Part shown: piece after piece, positions 29,115 to 42,912 of the stretch
Numbering within the stretch: the stretch's first letter is position 1
How the letters are laid out: each line of letters starts with the position of its first letter
Source of the DNA: Octopus vulgaris
Lineage: Eukaryota
DNA: 64,000 bases
Assembly (NCBI GenBank): GCA_951406725.2
Contig: OX597818.1
Location: forward strand, 34,162,001 to 34,226,000
Direction: 5' to 3'
The notes under the pieces: generated by a model
Databases searched by the model: none
Told to the model about the DNA's origin: nothing
The model's input: only the letters and a program-made list of their open reading frames with translations
Made by a program: the position numbers and the translations under genes

Positions 29115-29273
29115 ATATATATATGTATGTGTATATTGTAGTCTTTTCATATGTGTGTACATATGTGTGTGTGTATGTGTGTGTGCATGTCAGTTAACAT
29201 GTATGTGTATGTATAAGGGTAATGTGTATAAGTGTATATATATGTATAATGTGTATATATATGTGTGTGTGTG

Positions 29274-29540
29274 TGTAAATGTAATATGTGACAATTATTC
29301 GGTAACCATGATAAAACTCCGGTAGCCGAGATAAAACGCCGCCATCTCTTCAGTTATCCGGCCATCGGAAAAATACTATGCGGCGTGGATTTCCAGCTCG
29401 GCTTCAGAAACTCGGAGTTTTATCATGGCTACCGCTACCGAATAATTGTCACATATTACATTTACATATAAATTCCTCTATTTACATAATATCGAGGTCT
29501 TTTTCTTTTTTTTTTTGTTGTCTTACCATTTTTATCAATA
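29274..29540. mobile_element. Penelope-like repeat with inverted arms and a split hammerhead
   Basis: Inverted arms at 29274-29321 and 29413-29466. 29470-29540 is the reverse complement of about 10700-10768. Confidence 0.55.
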
Positions 29541-29545
29541 TATAT

Positions 29546-29615
<70 letters not shown>

Positions 29616-29663
29616 ATTCGCTCATACACATTATCCCTTATAAATATTCGTACATGCTAACTT

Positions 29664-29709
<46 letters not shown>

Positions 29710-29994
29710 ATATATATATATATTTATGTATTACCGACAGAGAAGTAATATCTTCTCTTAAACGTGGATGTTCTTTTAGAACGAACTATACTGCAGCAGC
29801 TACCATGGGAGTAGTTCTCATATCAGTGTTTTGTTTATATCTCCAGCGGGAAGATAAATCTCCGCTACCTCCAACACCAACACCACCAAATAAAGCGATT
29901 TCGCCCTTCTTTGATCTTGTCAGTGATGAATACTCGACCGATAGAGATAGCAGGGATATTTCTCTCCTCTAGCGATATAAACAAGATATAAAAA

Positions 29995-30225
29995 GGCTGC
30001 GAGCTGGCAGAAACGTTAGCACGCCGGGCGAAATGCGTAGCAGTATTTCGTCTGCCATTACGTTCTGAGTTCAAATTCCGCCGAGGTCGACTTTGCCTTT
30101 CATCCTTTCGGGGTTGATAAATTAAGAACTAGTTATGCACTGGGGTTGATGTAATCGACTTAATGCGTTTGTCTGTCCTTGTTTGTCCCTTCTATGTTTA
30201 GCCCCTTGTGGGTATAAAAGAAACA
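29995..30225 (+). mobile_element. SINE family B
   Basis: GCGAGCTGGCAGAAACGTTAGCACGCCGGGCG...GCCCCTTGTGGG. Confidence 0.85.
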
Positions 30226-30358
30226 GATATAAACAAGAGGGCATTTTGCATAAAAAGACAGTATGAGAGTTTCTCTCAAGATAACTGCTCCAGTATAGTT
30301 TGTTTTAATAAAACATCCATGCTTAAGTAGGGACAGATATTGCCTTTTGGTACATATA

Positions 30359-31623
30359 CAGTGGCTGGACAAAATAATGGAAACACCTTGAAATTTCAAA
30401 CAAATTTATTTTAAATGAGATAGGACCACCTTTGGCAGTAATTACAGCTTGAATTCTACGAGGTATGGACTCGTACAAAGTTTGAATTGTTTCCAAAGGA
30501 ATTTTTGTCCATTCTTCAGCTAAAACAGTCTCTAGTTCTTGTAATGATGATGGTGGAGGATATCGACTCCTTACTTGTTTTTCTAAAATGCACCATAAGT
30601 GTTCAATAATATTGAAGACTGGTGACTGTGGTGGCCAGATAAGATGTTCAACTTCACTAGAATGTTCCTTGTGCCATTCAGTAACAATTTTAGCTGTGTG
30701 AATTGGTGCATTATCATCCTGAAAGATTGCGTTTCCCTCCGGAAACAGTTCCGCAGCCATAGGATAAATTTGATCAGATAAAATGCTTAAATAATCTTGG
30801 CTATTAATTATGCCATGAAGGGAAACAATTGAACCGGCAGATTTCCAAGATATAGCCCCACCACCACCAGATTATCACAGATCCTCCTCCATGTTTAACA
30901 GTTGGAAGAAGGCAGTCTGGGTCAAATGCTTCTTTTGTCTGTCTCCACACATATACTCGGCCGGTGGTCGGAAATATTGTAAAGGATGACTCGTCCGAGA
31001 AAATAACATTTTCTACTGTTCTGGGGAACAATTCTGGAGGTTTTTACTCCACTCTAAACGCTTTACAATGTTTGCTTTTGAAAGTAGCGGTTTTCTGATT
31101 GCAACCCTCCCATGAAATCCGGTTTTGTGCAGCTCTCGACGAACAGTATTTGTGGAACCTGGATTCTCGAGGTGGACATTAAGCTCTGCAGTAATTTTGG
31201 GAGCTGTACTTTTGTGATCCTTCCTAACAATTTACGTAAGAGTCCGGCGGTCCCTATCTGAAAGTTTTAGGTTTCTTCCGGAGTTTTGTTTAGACGAGGA
31301 GGTTTTACCCTATTTCTCAAAGGCTGTCATTACTTTCGAGACAGTACTTCTTGATACACCAAACATTTCGGCTCTTTTCGTTACGCTAGCGCCCGCCATA
31401 CGAGCACCGACAATTTTAAAGTTCGATAGATCTGTCATTTTAATGAATTTTAATTACCTTTTTCTCATGATATCTGAAAAGAAACAGCAATTTTAGTAAA
31501 GCATATTAAGCAACACTAATAATAAATAATAAAAAAAACATAAAAATAAACAAGCCTTTGACGGTTTTATAGATATTACAAAATTATGATGCTAGGTGTT
31601 TCCATTATTTTGTCCAACCCCTA
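30359..31623 (-). mobile_element. full-length Tc1-like DNA transposon (1265 bp)
   Basis: About 30-bp TIRs (CAGTGGCTGGACAAAATAATGGAAACACCT and AGGTGTTTCCATTATTTTGTCCAACCCCTA), with TA on both flanks. Confidence 0.95.
30412..31438 (-). pseudogene. Tc1-like transposase pseudogene, DD36E spacing
   Basis: MTDLSNFKIVGARMAGASVTK..., FSDESSF, TVKHGGGSV, QDDNAPIH...WPPQSP..NIIEHLW and AKGGP, with in-frame stops and frameshifts. Confidence 0.9.
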
Positions 31624-32244
31624 TATCTACATACTTGAGCAAGACACTTTATTTCACGTTGCTCCAGTCGACTCACCTGGGAAAAATTAGTTGTACCTCT
31701 AATTCAAAGGGCCGACCTTGTCACATTCTCTCTCACGCCGAATCTCCCTGAAAACTATGTTAAGGGTATTTGTGTCTGTGGAGTATGTAGGCTGTTCCGC
31801 TGAACGGATCAGCTGGAAGCCTCGTCGTCGTAACTGACGGAGTACCAATGGTTCCTCTGGCCTCGTCTTGGGCACGTGGTATTGATAATTCACAAAAATA
31901 ACTAAACATCGATATCTATCCCTCTTGTGACGGGATCTGATGAGAATTATTTCGCTTGTCTATGGCTTTCAGGCGTTTTAGCACCAGGTGGATTGAAGAG
32001 AGTATATATTTGAAACTTGCCCACTAAGTGGCAAAACACATGCTTTGTGTATGTGTGTTCGATATTGTTTATATCACACGCGCTGCTTCTCATTTATATT
32101 TGAATATTTTCCGTTGTATAAAACGTTGGAACATACCAGCAGATGATTTTCACACCATTTTGCATATAGCCATAGGCAACGATTTAGCCTACACCTCGCC
32201 TCGTTTCGAGTACATGGTGTTGACAGGACATAAAGATGACGAAA

Positions 32245-32450
32245 CAGCTAAATACACGTCATTGATTGGTTGAAATTACCGAAATAGAACAACGTTAACG
32301 TGAAATAACTTCGTAAATATAAGTTTTTCTCAAAAATGCTAAGAGTAAAAGATGTTTTTTATGACACATTCTACCACTGTCCGAAGTTTGAAAGTGTTTA
32401 GTTACAAAAAATTATTTTTTAAATCTGTAGGTTAAAAGGTAAAAGATCTC
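32245..32450. mobile_element. solo arm of the long-TIR MITE seen at 60397-61085
   Basis: Closely similar to 60882-61085 and ending GGTAAAAGATCTC. Confidence 0.8.
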
Positions 32451-33869
32451 ATTGATGTCTATGGTTCCTGTAACAGGTCCTGATGCGAGTTATCTCGCTT
32501 GTCTATGAATGTCAGTGCTTCTTAACACTAGGGGAAGTGAAGAGAATATATTCTCTTACACATATAATCGTAGCCTACCCACGAAATGGCAAAAGGCATA
32601 CTTTTTGTATGTGTGTTCGATAATGCCTCTGTGTGTGTGTCACCAACACTATAACTAGCAGTCTCACTACCAGTCCTTTCATCAACATAGCCAACCATCA
32701 TAACTACTACCACTAACATCGTTATCTTCACCATTGCCGTTGTCATTATTGTCATCATTATAATAGAGTTAGCATCACAGATATGACCACTAATATTGCA
32801 ACTATCATACATCGAAATCTAAAGCGTCCGCCATCGTCACCACGGTCGTCATAGCCGGCATCATTGGTATCTCTTTTCTTTTTGAGTTATTCTTCCTTTT
32901 TTAAGAAAAAAACCCTGCGGGAAATGAAACGCTTGGCTCTTTCTTCCCTTTATAGCAAACTTAACGCTACATCAACTTGTCAGAATGTTTGACGTTTCAA
33001 ATCTGAGCCGCAGAAGAAGAAAAAAAAAAGCTACCATATAATGTGCACCTAAAGGCTACAGATATTTTGGTTTATTTGAATCTATATACACACGTCACAC
33101 ACGCTGTGGGTGTAAACTTCCTCTCATGAAAGTAGTGGCGCTTACTGAATTGATTAAATGATATTAAAGAAATGTACTTAATGCAGACGTATTCATACAC
33201 ACACACACACACACATTTATAGACAGAAACGCACGCATGCACACTCTACACACACATCATACATAATACGAAGAAGCATATCCCTTTGAGTGTCGTGTGC
33301 TAGAGAGTCAGCCAGGTTACGCTGATCGCACAGCTAGCTTAGTACGTGCAATAAGATTGAAGGATGTCTGATGCAAAGGAAATGCTATACGTGTGTGCGT
33401 GTGTGTGTTTGCGCGTGTATGTGTGTGTGCAAATGGATGCATATTCGCTTATATCATTTATCCAAGGCGGCGAGGTGACAGAGTAGTTAGAGCGTCGGAC
33501 GGCATTTCTTGACGAGATTTCTTCTTCACGGCATTTCTGCCGGATTTACGTTCTTCGTTCAAATTCCGCCGAGGTCGTCTTTACATTTTATCCTCACGTG
33601 GTTGATAGAATACGTAGACGTGATCACTGAAATCGATGTAGCCCCATCCACCAAAATTTCAGGCACTAAAATTGTGCCTTTGGTAGAATTATTGTATGAT
33701 GAAGCGAAGGGACATTCATCTTAGAACTCCATGAAAATGCAGTTTTTAACTGAATTACGTAGTGATAAAATAAGAAATGGTGTTCCAGTTTTATTAACAG
33801 GAGGCTATCAGATTGTTTCAGAATCCACCCACGAAGAAAGGTTTGTCTTTAAACATTTTAACTGCTCAT

Positions 33870-34190
33870 TGGGACTCCGTCGCTTGCGACAATGAGGTTT
33901 CCAGTTGATCCGATTAACGGAAAAGCTTCCTTGTGGAATTAACGTGCTAGAAGCTGAGAACTCCACACATGTGTACCCTGAACATAGTTCTCAGGGAGAT
34001 TCAGAGGGAGACAGAATGTGACAAGGGTGGCCCTCTTGAAATACAGGTACTACTCATTTCTGCCAGCTGAGTGGACTGGAGCAACGTGAAATAAAGTGTC
34101 TTGCACAAGGACACAACGCGCTGCCGGGATTTGAACTCTCAACCTCACGACCGTGAGCCGAATGCCGTAACCATTATGCCAAGCGCCTTA
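33870..34190 (-). mobile_element. diverged tRNA-derived SINE
   Basis: Tail shared with 43972-44350 and 31635-31845, with a tRNA-like head at the 34190 end. Confidence 0.65.
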
Positions 34191-35201
34191 ACTGTTTGTG
34201 TATTTTTAGCATATAGCTGTTATTCGTCTTTCAAAATGGCCTCAAGTTACAAGAGATACTCGGTGGTTGCTATAGTAACCTCAGTAATATAAATACGCCT
34301 CTCCCCCAAATTATTTTCTAACAAAGCCAAAACATAGAAAGAAGACAGTGAAAAAGTCAAAGAAACAGAATTTGAAGCTTGAACACTTACAGTTATATAA
34401 AAGATGCAACAGAGAATAGTTTAGAAAACATTAATGTGGATGGGTAAATATGGCAGTATTCAGAGTGACGACAAATTCACCAGCGATAACAAGATTCTAT
34501 CTTTTATGAACTTTCTAATTCAAAAAACGATTTGGTTGAGGCAAATCAAGGAAAGGTAGAAGGAATGGATGAGATGTATCACAAAAGACGATGCCTCTTG
34601 GCTCCATTTTCATGCCAGGGAGAGAGCAAGGGAAAATGAAATTACTTTGTTTTTTAAACAAATGGAGTGGCCTCCATATATCATAGAAACAAATTTAGAG
34701 TAAGTCATGACTGATTCGTGACAAGATGTACGCTCCAACGCTCCATCGACCAGCGCAGATTATATAGAAATATTTAACTTGTCATTAAGGCCAAAAATTT
34801 GGCAAGGGGTCCAGTAGTTCTGGTTCGTCACACGTACAATGTAGTGAGGTGCCATACTACAAGGGCCTCAGGATTATGGGGATCATGGTCAACGATTTCG
34901 CAGTGGTCTGTTTATTTGAGCAATGATTAGTGAAAAGTGTTTTAAGAAAGTAAGGAGAAGTTGAGCTGATACGTGTCCGTCTGAAAATATGTGAAAGTAT
35001 ATTCCAAGTGATATCTACATTGTCAAGAGGAGTGTATAGTGATTTAAGAATCCAGAACACAGTGGGTCGGCTACGGTGCTTTGTTAAACGGCTGTGGGTT
35101 CAACTTCAACTATACGTACTTTTCTTTGGTTTGAAAATAAAGATGTAGCACTGAGCTTAAGATGCTTTACCTAATTAGCTGTATCGTAGCAGAATAATAT
35201 A

Positions 35202-35763
35202 TTGAACTGTCCGGAAAGTTCGCGCCGGATTTTTAAAGGAAAGAAAAAGGTCAATAAATACTTGCCATTACACTTTTAATCAACCAAATATGAACCATTT
35301 TGTCGCACAATGCGTCTCCGTCTTTCCTTTAACTTGAAAATACCCTCTACCCAGAATTTAGGTGGTTTCATGGCAAAGAATTCATCAAGGTATCTTCTTA
35401 TGTCATCCAAAGAATAAAAATTTTTACCATTAGGACTATTCTGCAGAGACCTGAATAAGTGGAAATCCGAAGGAGCAATATCTGGTAAATATGTGGGGTA
35501 ACACATCCCAGCCGAGCTGCAGCAATTTTTGTCTGGTTACCAAAGCATCAAGTGCCGAAATTGAACTTTCTTATCTTCCATTTTAAAGGATTACAGAATT
35601 AACACAGATTATAGGAACATAAACGTTCTTCCATAAAAAGATAGCTTAAACTACGCTCTAAATGGAGGTGTAGTCAAATCCTATTTTATGGTCTCAACCA
35701 TGTTCTAAAATAAGTCGAAAGGTAAGCTACTATAAATCGGCACGAACTTTCCGCACAACCCAA
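35202..35763 (-). mobile_element. internally deleted mariner element (562 bp)
   Basis: TIRs TTGAACTGTCCGGAAAGTTCGCGCCG and CGGCACGAACTTTCCGCACAACCCAA with TA flanks. MEDKKVQFRHLML is fused directly to the C-terminal region containing YLPDIAPSDFHLFRSL. Confidence 0.9.
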
Positions 35764-37662
35764 TAGATAGATTATTTTTTCCATTTTTTTTTCATAGTTA
35801 AGATTGCCTATTTCTTTACGTAAAGATAAAAATATAAGGTAGCTTCTCAGGCGCGAGAAAGGCGGTTCTGCAATTTGTTGCTAAACAGCCTGCACAAATG
35901 ATCTGTTTATAGTGATCAAATGTTCGTACGGCACATTAGATTACGCATCCCACCCAATCAAATCTCCTTGATCTGTACAGGTGTACAGTGTACCACAAGT
36001 CAGATGTCGAAGTGATCGCAGAGCAACGTCAGATGAAGTATTTTTGCTCAAGAACACAACACACCACCCGGTCTAAGAATCGGGCCCACGATCTCACGAT
36101 CGTGATTGAAACATCCTAACCATTAGGCGATGCATCCTCACGCACATAAGAATAAGAATCTAAAAATAGAAAAAATAACCAATGGTAAATCTACTTTTGA
36201 AAGATATTCTCTCCTAAAGCTGCACTTTCGATATTTTGTGGACCTCATCCAATCTCAAGAATCAATCGTTTCGGAAGAAATATATTACCAAAAGAGACTC
36301 TGCCGTCTTCAAGCTTCCAAATAACTGTAGAATTTTCCCGATTAGTCTTAGGTTTCATTTTTCTAGCAAGAGCAATAATCAAATTTATCTTCCGTCTATT
36401 TGACTCAAATAGAGAGAAAATAGTAAAATGAAGTCCAATGATAATAATTTAAAAGTTTGCGGACTGATTAAATTTTTCTTTAACTGTCTGAAAGATGTTG
36501 TAGTGTTACTAAACTCTAGTCAAACAGACGAAATATGAACAGTTATATCTTTCATTCCTTTTATTCTTTAGTAAAGAAAAAAATTGTTAAATTGTTTATG
36601 TTCCATTCGTGATTATTTACTTATTTCGTTTTCATCTCATCAAAGGTTCTAGAATATAGAAAAGTCAATAAGCAAAATGTATTTCTCTTTCATCGTATAT
36701 TTGATGGAAAGACTAGACTCTATGGAATTCTTTCTTTTCTTCTTTTATTTATTCAAATAGACATTCGACATGACGTTGCTAAAGACAAAAAAACATATAT
36801 ATACATAACGAACAACAAAATTGCACAATAACATAATGAAAACCAGCAACAGCAGCAGCAACAACAACAACAAAGGCGTAACCTAACCATGTCTTCATAT
36901 TTCGCACAACTAACGATACAAATTAACTGGTGCCTCTCTTCCACATCTGAGGGCGATGAACTGCCATTTTTTGTTTTTACTTTTCATCTTTTTTTATTCT
37001 ATTTACATCTCTTTTTCGTCTTTTTCTCTAACCACTTCTCTTATTATTGTTTCTATATTGCTTTTTGAATTTTTTCTTTATTTTTGCCTCTTAGTTTAGC
37101 CACTTCAAATGCCGTTTTACTTTTATATATTTAGTATAACATTTACACGTGATATTTTGACCTCCTCTGCGTATGCGAGGAAAGCGAATGCATTGGCGAA
37201 TCATAAAACACAGTGTTAAAGTAACATATGATGTTTTCATGGGCGCCAAGTTAAAAGGTATTATATTAACGAAAACAGTCTCAACAGATCTTTTTGATCG
37301 TCGGTTCTTATTATTTCGTTTACATTTGTTTCGCTCTAAGAAGTTCAGCATTCCGTAATGGAAGAAAGTAAAACAGCGCTCAAATGAAATTTAAGATACC
37401 GTATCTAAGATGGCGACAACTCATAACAAAGGACAAAAATATCTTAAGAAAGATTGTAAATCACATTGAGCACTTATTATTACATATTACGGAAGAAACG
37501 AATGTGGGTGGAGGCGTAGGACTTAAACTAAAAAGATGGATAGAAAGCAATCTTGTTATGCTTTAGTAAAACGAAATCAAGAGAGGAATATAATTGGCCA
37601 TACGGTGCCAAGGATAAACGTTTTGATTATATACGCATGTTTATTTGTAGTTATATATGTGC

Positions 37663-37736
<74 letters not shown>

Positions 37737-37828
37737 ATAAATAGATAGATAGGTAGGTAGGTAGGTAGGTAGGTAGGTAGGTAGGTAGGTAGGTAGGTAG
37801 GTAGGTAGGTAGGTAGATATATATATAT

Positions 37829-37864
<36 letters not shown>

Positions 37865-38624
37865 GTAGGTAGGTAGGTAGGTAGGTAGGTAGGTAGGTAG
37901 GTAGGTAGGTAGGTAGGTAGGTAGGTAGGTAGGTGACAAATAAATGTCATCATAATGCAATGAGAAAAAAATTTTATGTAATTTGAAGTACTTATACACT
38001 TATGTAGTATAGTGAAGCGATAAAAATATTAACAATAATAGATATCAATTCAATGCGATTTTAGAAAGCATGAACGTAAGTCCTGACGTGTTTCGACCGT
38101 ATCAAACCTCCTTGGCGAAGCATAACAACCTCTGTAATTGGCAGATTAAGAATAATAGAATCCTTATATTTATGCAGCGTTGTATAAGAGTAGGCGTCAG
38201 TAATTATAATAAGTAGGGAAAAAAGTTGCTGAGGGACACAATCGGTGCGAAGAAAAACGGCCCCGAAAATCCCATCAAACGCATTGTAGTGAGGAAAAAA
38301 AAACTCAGATTAAATTAATATTGGTCATTGAGATAATGTTTTCTCCTCATCACCGCATAAGTATAATTAATTGATTAAATATTTGTTCTTCACTACATTA
38401 AGTATGATGGCACTAATTTGATTGTTATTTATCAGACGAATGGCGTCCTTGGATAATTTCCCGCAGCCCTTTTATATATACATTTATGCGTGTGTGTGTG
38501 TGTGTGTGTGTGTATGGGTGTGTGTGTGAGTGTGTGTATGTATGTGCGTATGTATGTATGATTATATATATATATACACACATATATTGTACATATATAT
38601 ATACATATATATATACATATATAC

Positions 38625-38667
<43 letters not shown>

Positions 38668-38687
38668 CAAATATAGATATAGATATA

Positions 38688-38735
<48 letters not shown>

Positions 38736-38790
38736 GAATATAAATATGTATATATTCATATACATATTCAAGTATGTACAAATATTGTAT

Positions 38791-38860
<70 letters not shown>

Positions 38861-39086
38861 TTATGTATATAAGTGGAATATATGTAAATATGTATATATG
38901 CATATACGTTTGTGCGTATATATACATGTATACATGCATACATACATACATACATACATACATACATACATACATACATACATACATACATACATAAAAG
39001 AAAACGCATGATTCACTTCATTGATTCTAGCGGGAAAACTTGTGTAGCAACGGTGTTCCTCATAACATTTTTCAAATAAACTTTGC

Positions 39087-39122
<36 letters not shown>

Positions 39123-41636
39123 GACATACACACACAAACACACACACATTGTGTGTATGCTTATAACTCCGCAAACCGTATGTGAGAAAAAAAGGGTGCG
39201 AAGTGGGGGACAGGGCGGTTGTAATAGAATGAGAGCGTGCATACAAATTGGCAGAGTCTTCGGTGGCGCCTATATAAATTGCCGCATAGTATATGGTATT
39301 TTCTTTTGTTGTTTTTTTTCATTTCTAGCCGTGGAAGCGCGCGTGTGTGTATTGTGCTTGAGTCTGTGTGTCTGTGTGTTGAGTTCAATTCCTGCCGAGG
39401 TCAAATTTTCTCTTCTTCCTATCGGAGTCGTTTAAAATTACCAATTCCAAGCGGTTTGGCTGGCGGAGATTTTAAATGGTTGGATAAGATGTTTTGTGAT
39501 ATATGTGCAGACCCGTTGAAATGTATATTTAAAATGTTCGTATATCCCCCCCAAAGCCGTTTGAGACACAGGTTGAATGATTCCACATTGAATTCGAAAC
39601 TGGTCAGTTTACCTGCCGCTTAAGTTTGTTGTACAAAGTTAATGAACCTATGTGCTTTTAATTTAGTTGACTTTGTACAAGATAGATCGTTAGATTGGTT
39701 AGAAAATAGCAGCCAAATCTCCTTCAAATCACATCTGCCGATTAAAAAACAGCCGAACAGTCAAAGCTTAAACAAAATTTGAAGAAGCTTGTTTGATGAT
39801 TAATGTGTTAGGTTTTAGCAACAAAAGTCTAATTTTAGGAATAGGGAAGCTGAATACGTCGACTTGTTCTTACTTTGTCGACCCCGAAAGGATGCAAAAG
39901 TAAGGCCAACCTCGGCGGAATTTGAACTTAGAACTAAGGCTGGAAGAAGTGCTACTTAGTATTTTGCTCGACTAACGATTCTTTCAGCTCTACCACCTTA
40001 TTTTAATCAACAACCATAACAAACCAAGCTACAGATAAGAGGGCATTTAACAGATTTTACGATTTGTATCTACGCAAGAAATGGAATGAAAAGAAAACTG
40101 GAAATAGAATATTTTGATGTTCGAACATTTCCGTGGCTCATTTTTCTGCGAATGACATCAGAAAAATCTAATCAATCCAGGGATTTTTGCAATGTGGAGT
40201 CTGTACTAATAACTCAATTGCTCTACATACTTATTTGGGTTACTGCTATATATTTTAAGATTATAACACATAATGGATTATAATACATAATGAATTACAT
40301 GCTTACATACAGCTTTTACACCTAAGAATTTTCTTAAAATGATGAACTTGAAGTAAACGTGTTTAATATGTCATTTTATTATCGGTTGGTCAATATGGAT
40401 TGGCAAACAGTTTGTTCACTAAAATAATAAACAAGACCATTATTAGATTCCTTCATCCAGGTACTTCTGGCTGATAATACACATATCTAAATATTGGCAT
40501 CCCATAGTCGCTTCTACTAATGAATTGATTGTGTTATGAATATATACTTGTCGTAAAGAAGAAGCCGTTCTCCTACGACGAACACATCAGCCATTAGTAT
40601 GTTTGTGTTCAAATCTGCCGAAACGTATTAAGAATGAATATGCGACTCGTCGCTTCGAATTTTGCTTTTCCCCGTGCATATGACGATTCATTTCACTTTT
40701 GTTTCACTCACAATTCAAACAAATTGCAAGCAAAAACTGCTAAATATATTAACTTTGTAGACAACTTTTACACCTAAGATTCCTCTTAAAATAAGACAAC
40801 CTGAATTCAATGTATTTAAGTTTCATTTCACAAAATGTATTTAAGTTTTATTTCAGACAAACTACAAATAAAATTTTTTTTTTAACTCTTTAAAGATTTG
40901 AGCTCACGTTGTCAAAGTTTGTTCGCCTTAAGCTTTTTCTTGCCATAGAACATGTAATAACTTTATATCTTGATTTTTCCAATTACCATTTTCTTCTTCT
41001 TCGAAAATATATTCTGATATTTGTTTTGTTTCTTTTCCACTTTTTTACCCTAGAGATTCAATGTTTTCGGCCAAATCAGCTGTAAAGACTGTGAAAACTC
41101 ATTAATTGTCATTTCGTGTGACAGATATCGCCAACTAGTACTATCTGTGGTTTGCATACAAACATTTTACTGACAATTTGTTTGGTAGAAGATTTTAAAC
41201 TCATGCTATACTTCGATCACCAGACACAAAGGACATTTTCCTTGACGAGAGAAAATAATGGGACCCATTGGAGACCATCGACCGATTTGTATGTTTGAAC
41301 GTATGTTTATCACGTTAAAGTTATGGAAAAGGTGACAACGGTGACTGGGAGCAAGATATATTTTTGCAATACGAAAAATGTACACTCCATCATCACACAC
41401 ACACATATTCACACACACAAACACGTGTGCATATGTATGAGAGGTTGGGAGAGAGAGAGAGAACGTATGTGTGTACGTGTGTATGTGTGTGTGTGTGTGT
41501 ACGTGTGTGTGTGTACGTGTGTGTGTGTTTACTATTTGATGGCAATATAAGATTAATTTATTTATATGAGACATATTAGTGGATGTTTACTTTCTACTAT
41601 TTGCAGACATTGTTATATAAATATGTATGTATACCT

Positions 41637-41670
<34 letters not shown>

Positions 41671-41988
41671 CTGCGAGGGCGCGCGCGCGCACATAATGAA
41701 AGCAATTAATGAACGAAAATGGAATGTTTGCGGTTTCGAGTAAACACAAGACTAATGGTTTGCATTCGAGCTACGTGTATACTAAGACTTCCTGAATAGA
41801 TTTATGCAACGAATTTTCATAATAATACTCTATAAAGATTGATTCTTGCGTTATAAAATCCCACGAGAATCGCAAACGTTAATTTTTACCATTTTTTCTT
41901 CTTTTTTTTTTCTATCTTATCTACTTTCTCTTCGTTTTGTGAAGTAATTTCAACCCCTGTTGGATTTTTTACGTTTTACTTATTTCAG

Positions 41989-42084
41989 GTTATGAAGTAG
42001 AAGTAGAAACCAACGCAAAAGAATCAAATCAGATGAGAGCGAGATAAATCTGTTAAGCCTTTTTTCCTCCACCTTTCATCGCCT
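41989..42084 (+). other. candidate 96-nt spliced exon (non-coding or stop-containing)
   Basis: Acceptor TTTTTTACGTTTTACTTATTTCAG and donor CCT|GTAAGT in unique sequence. All three frames contain a stop. Confidence 0.3.
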
Positions 42085-42381
42085 GTAAGTTAATGACTTA
42101 TTCCGGTGCCATTTAGATGCGTACTTTAGTTGAGATAAGAGACGAATAATCTGGAAGCTAACGCTTACTGTGCATAAATACAGCATTTCTCGATATATGG
42201 ATAATATTTTGAGTAAAACATAAGGAAAAATGCAAACATAAATGTGAACACTTAACATAATATTACAAAATCTTTAAATACATATTCGTGGCAAACTTGC
42301 AAAATTTGCATATTTATCTTTGAAATAAAGGTAATAAAACCATTCCACGTGAGATTCTTTTTACTATTATTGTTTAGGCAA

Positions 42382-42912
42382 AGGCAGCGAGCTGGCAGAA
42401 ACGTTAGCACGCCGGGCGAAATGCGTAGCCGTATTTCGTCAGGTGTTACGTTCTGAGTTCAAATTCCACCGAGGTCGACTTTGCCTTTCATCCTTTCGGG
42501 ATCGAAAAATAAAGTACCAGTGAAACACTGGGGTCGATGTGATCTACTATCCTCCTCCCCACAAAATCCAGGCCGTGTGCCTATAGTAGAAAGGTTACGT
42601 TCTGAGTTCAAATTCCGCCGAGGTCGACTTTGCCTTTCATCCTTTCGGGGTCGAAAAATAAAGTACCAGTGAAACACTGGGGTCGATGTGATCGACTATC
42701 CTCCTCCCCACAAAATCCAGGCCGTGTACCTATAGTAGAAAGGTTACGTTCTGAGTTCAAATTCCGCCGAGGTCGACTTTGTCTTTCATCCTTTCGGGGT
42801 CGATAAATTAAGTACCAGTTACGCACTGGATTCAATGTAATCGACTTAATCCGTTTGTCTGTCCTTGTTTATCCCCTCATGTTTAGCCCCTTGTAGGTAA
42901 TAAAGAAACAGA
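42382..42912 (+). mobile_element. SINE family B with 149-bp tandem triplication
   Basis: GTTACGTTCTGAGTTCAAATTCC at 42445, 42594 and 42743. Confidence 0.85.

Noticed and set aside
34300-34800. Tc1/mariner relic (DDASW..., MEWPPY)
   Set aside because: Only two short motifs and no TIRs, so too degraded to call.
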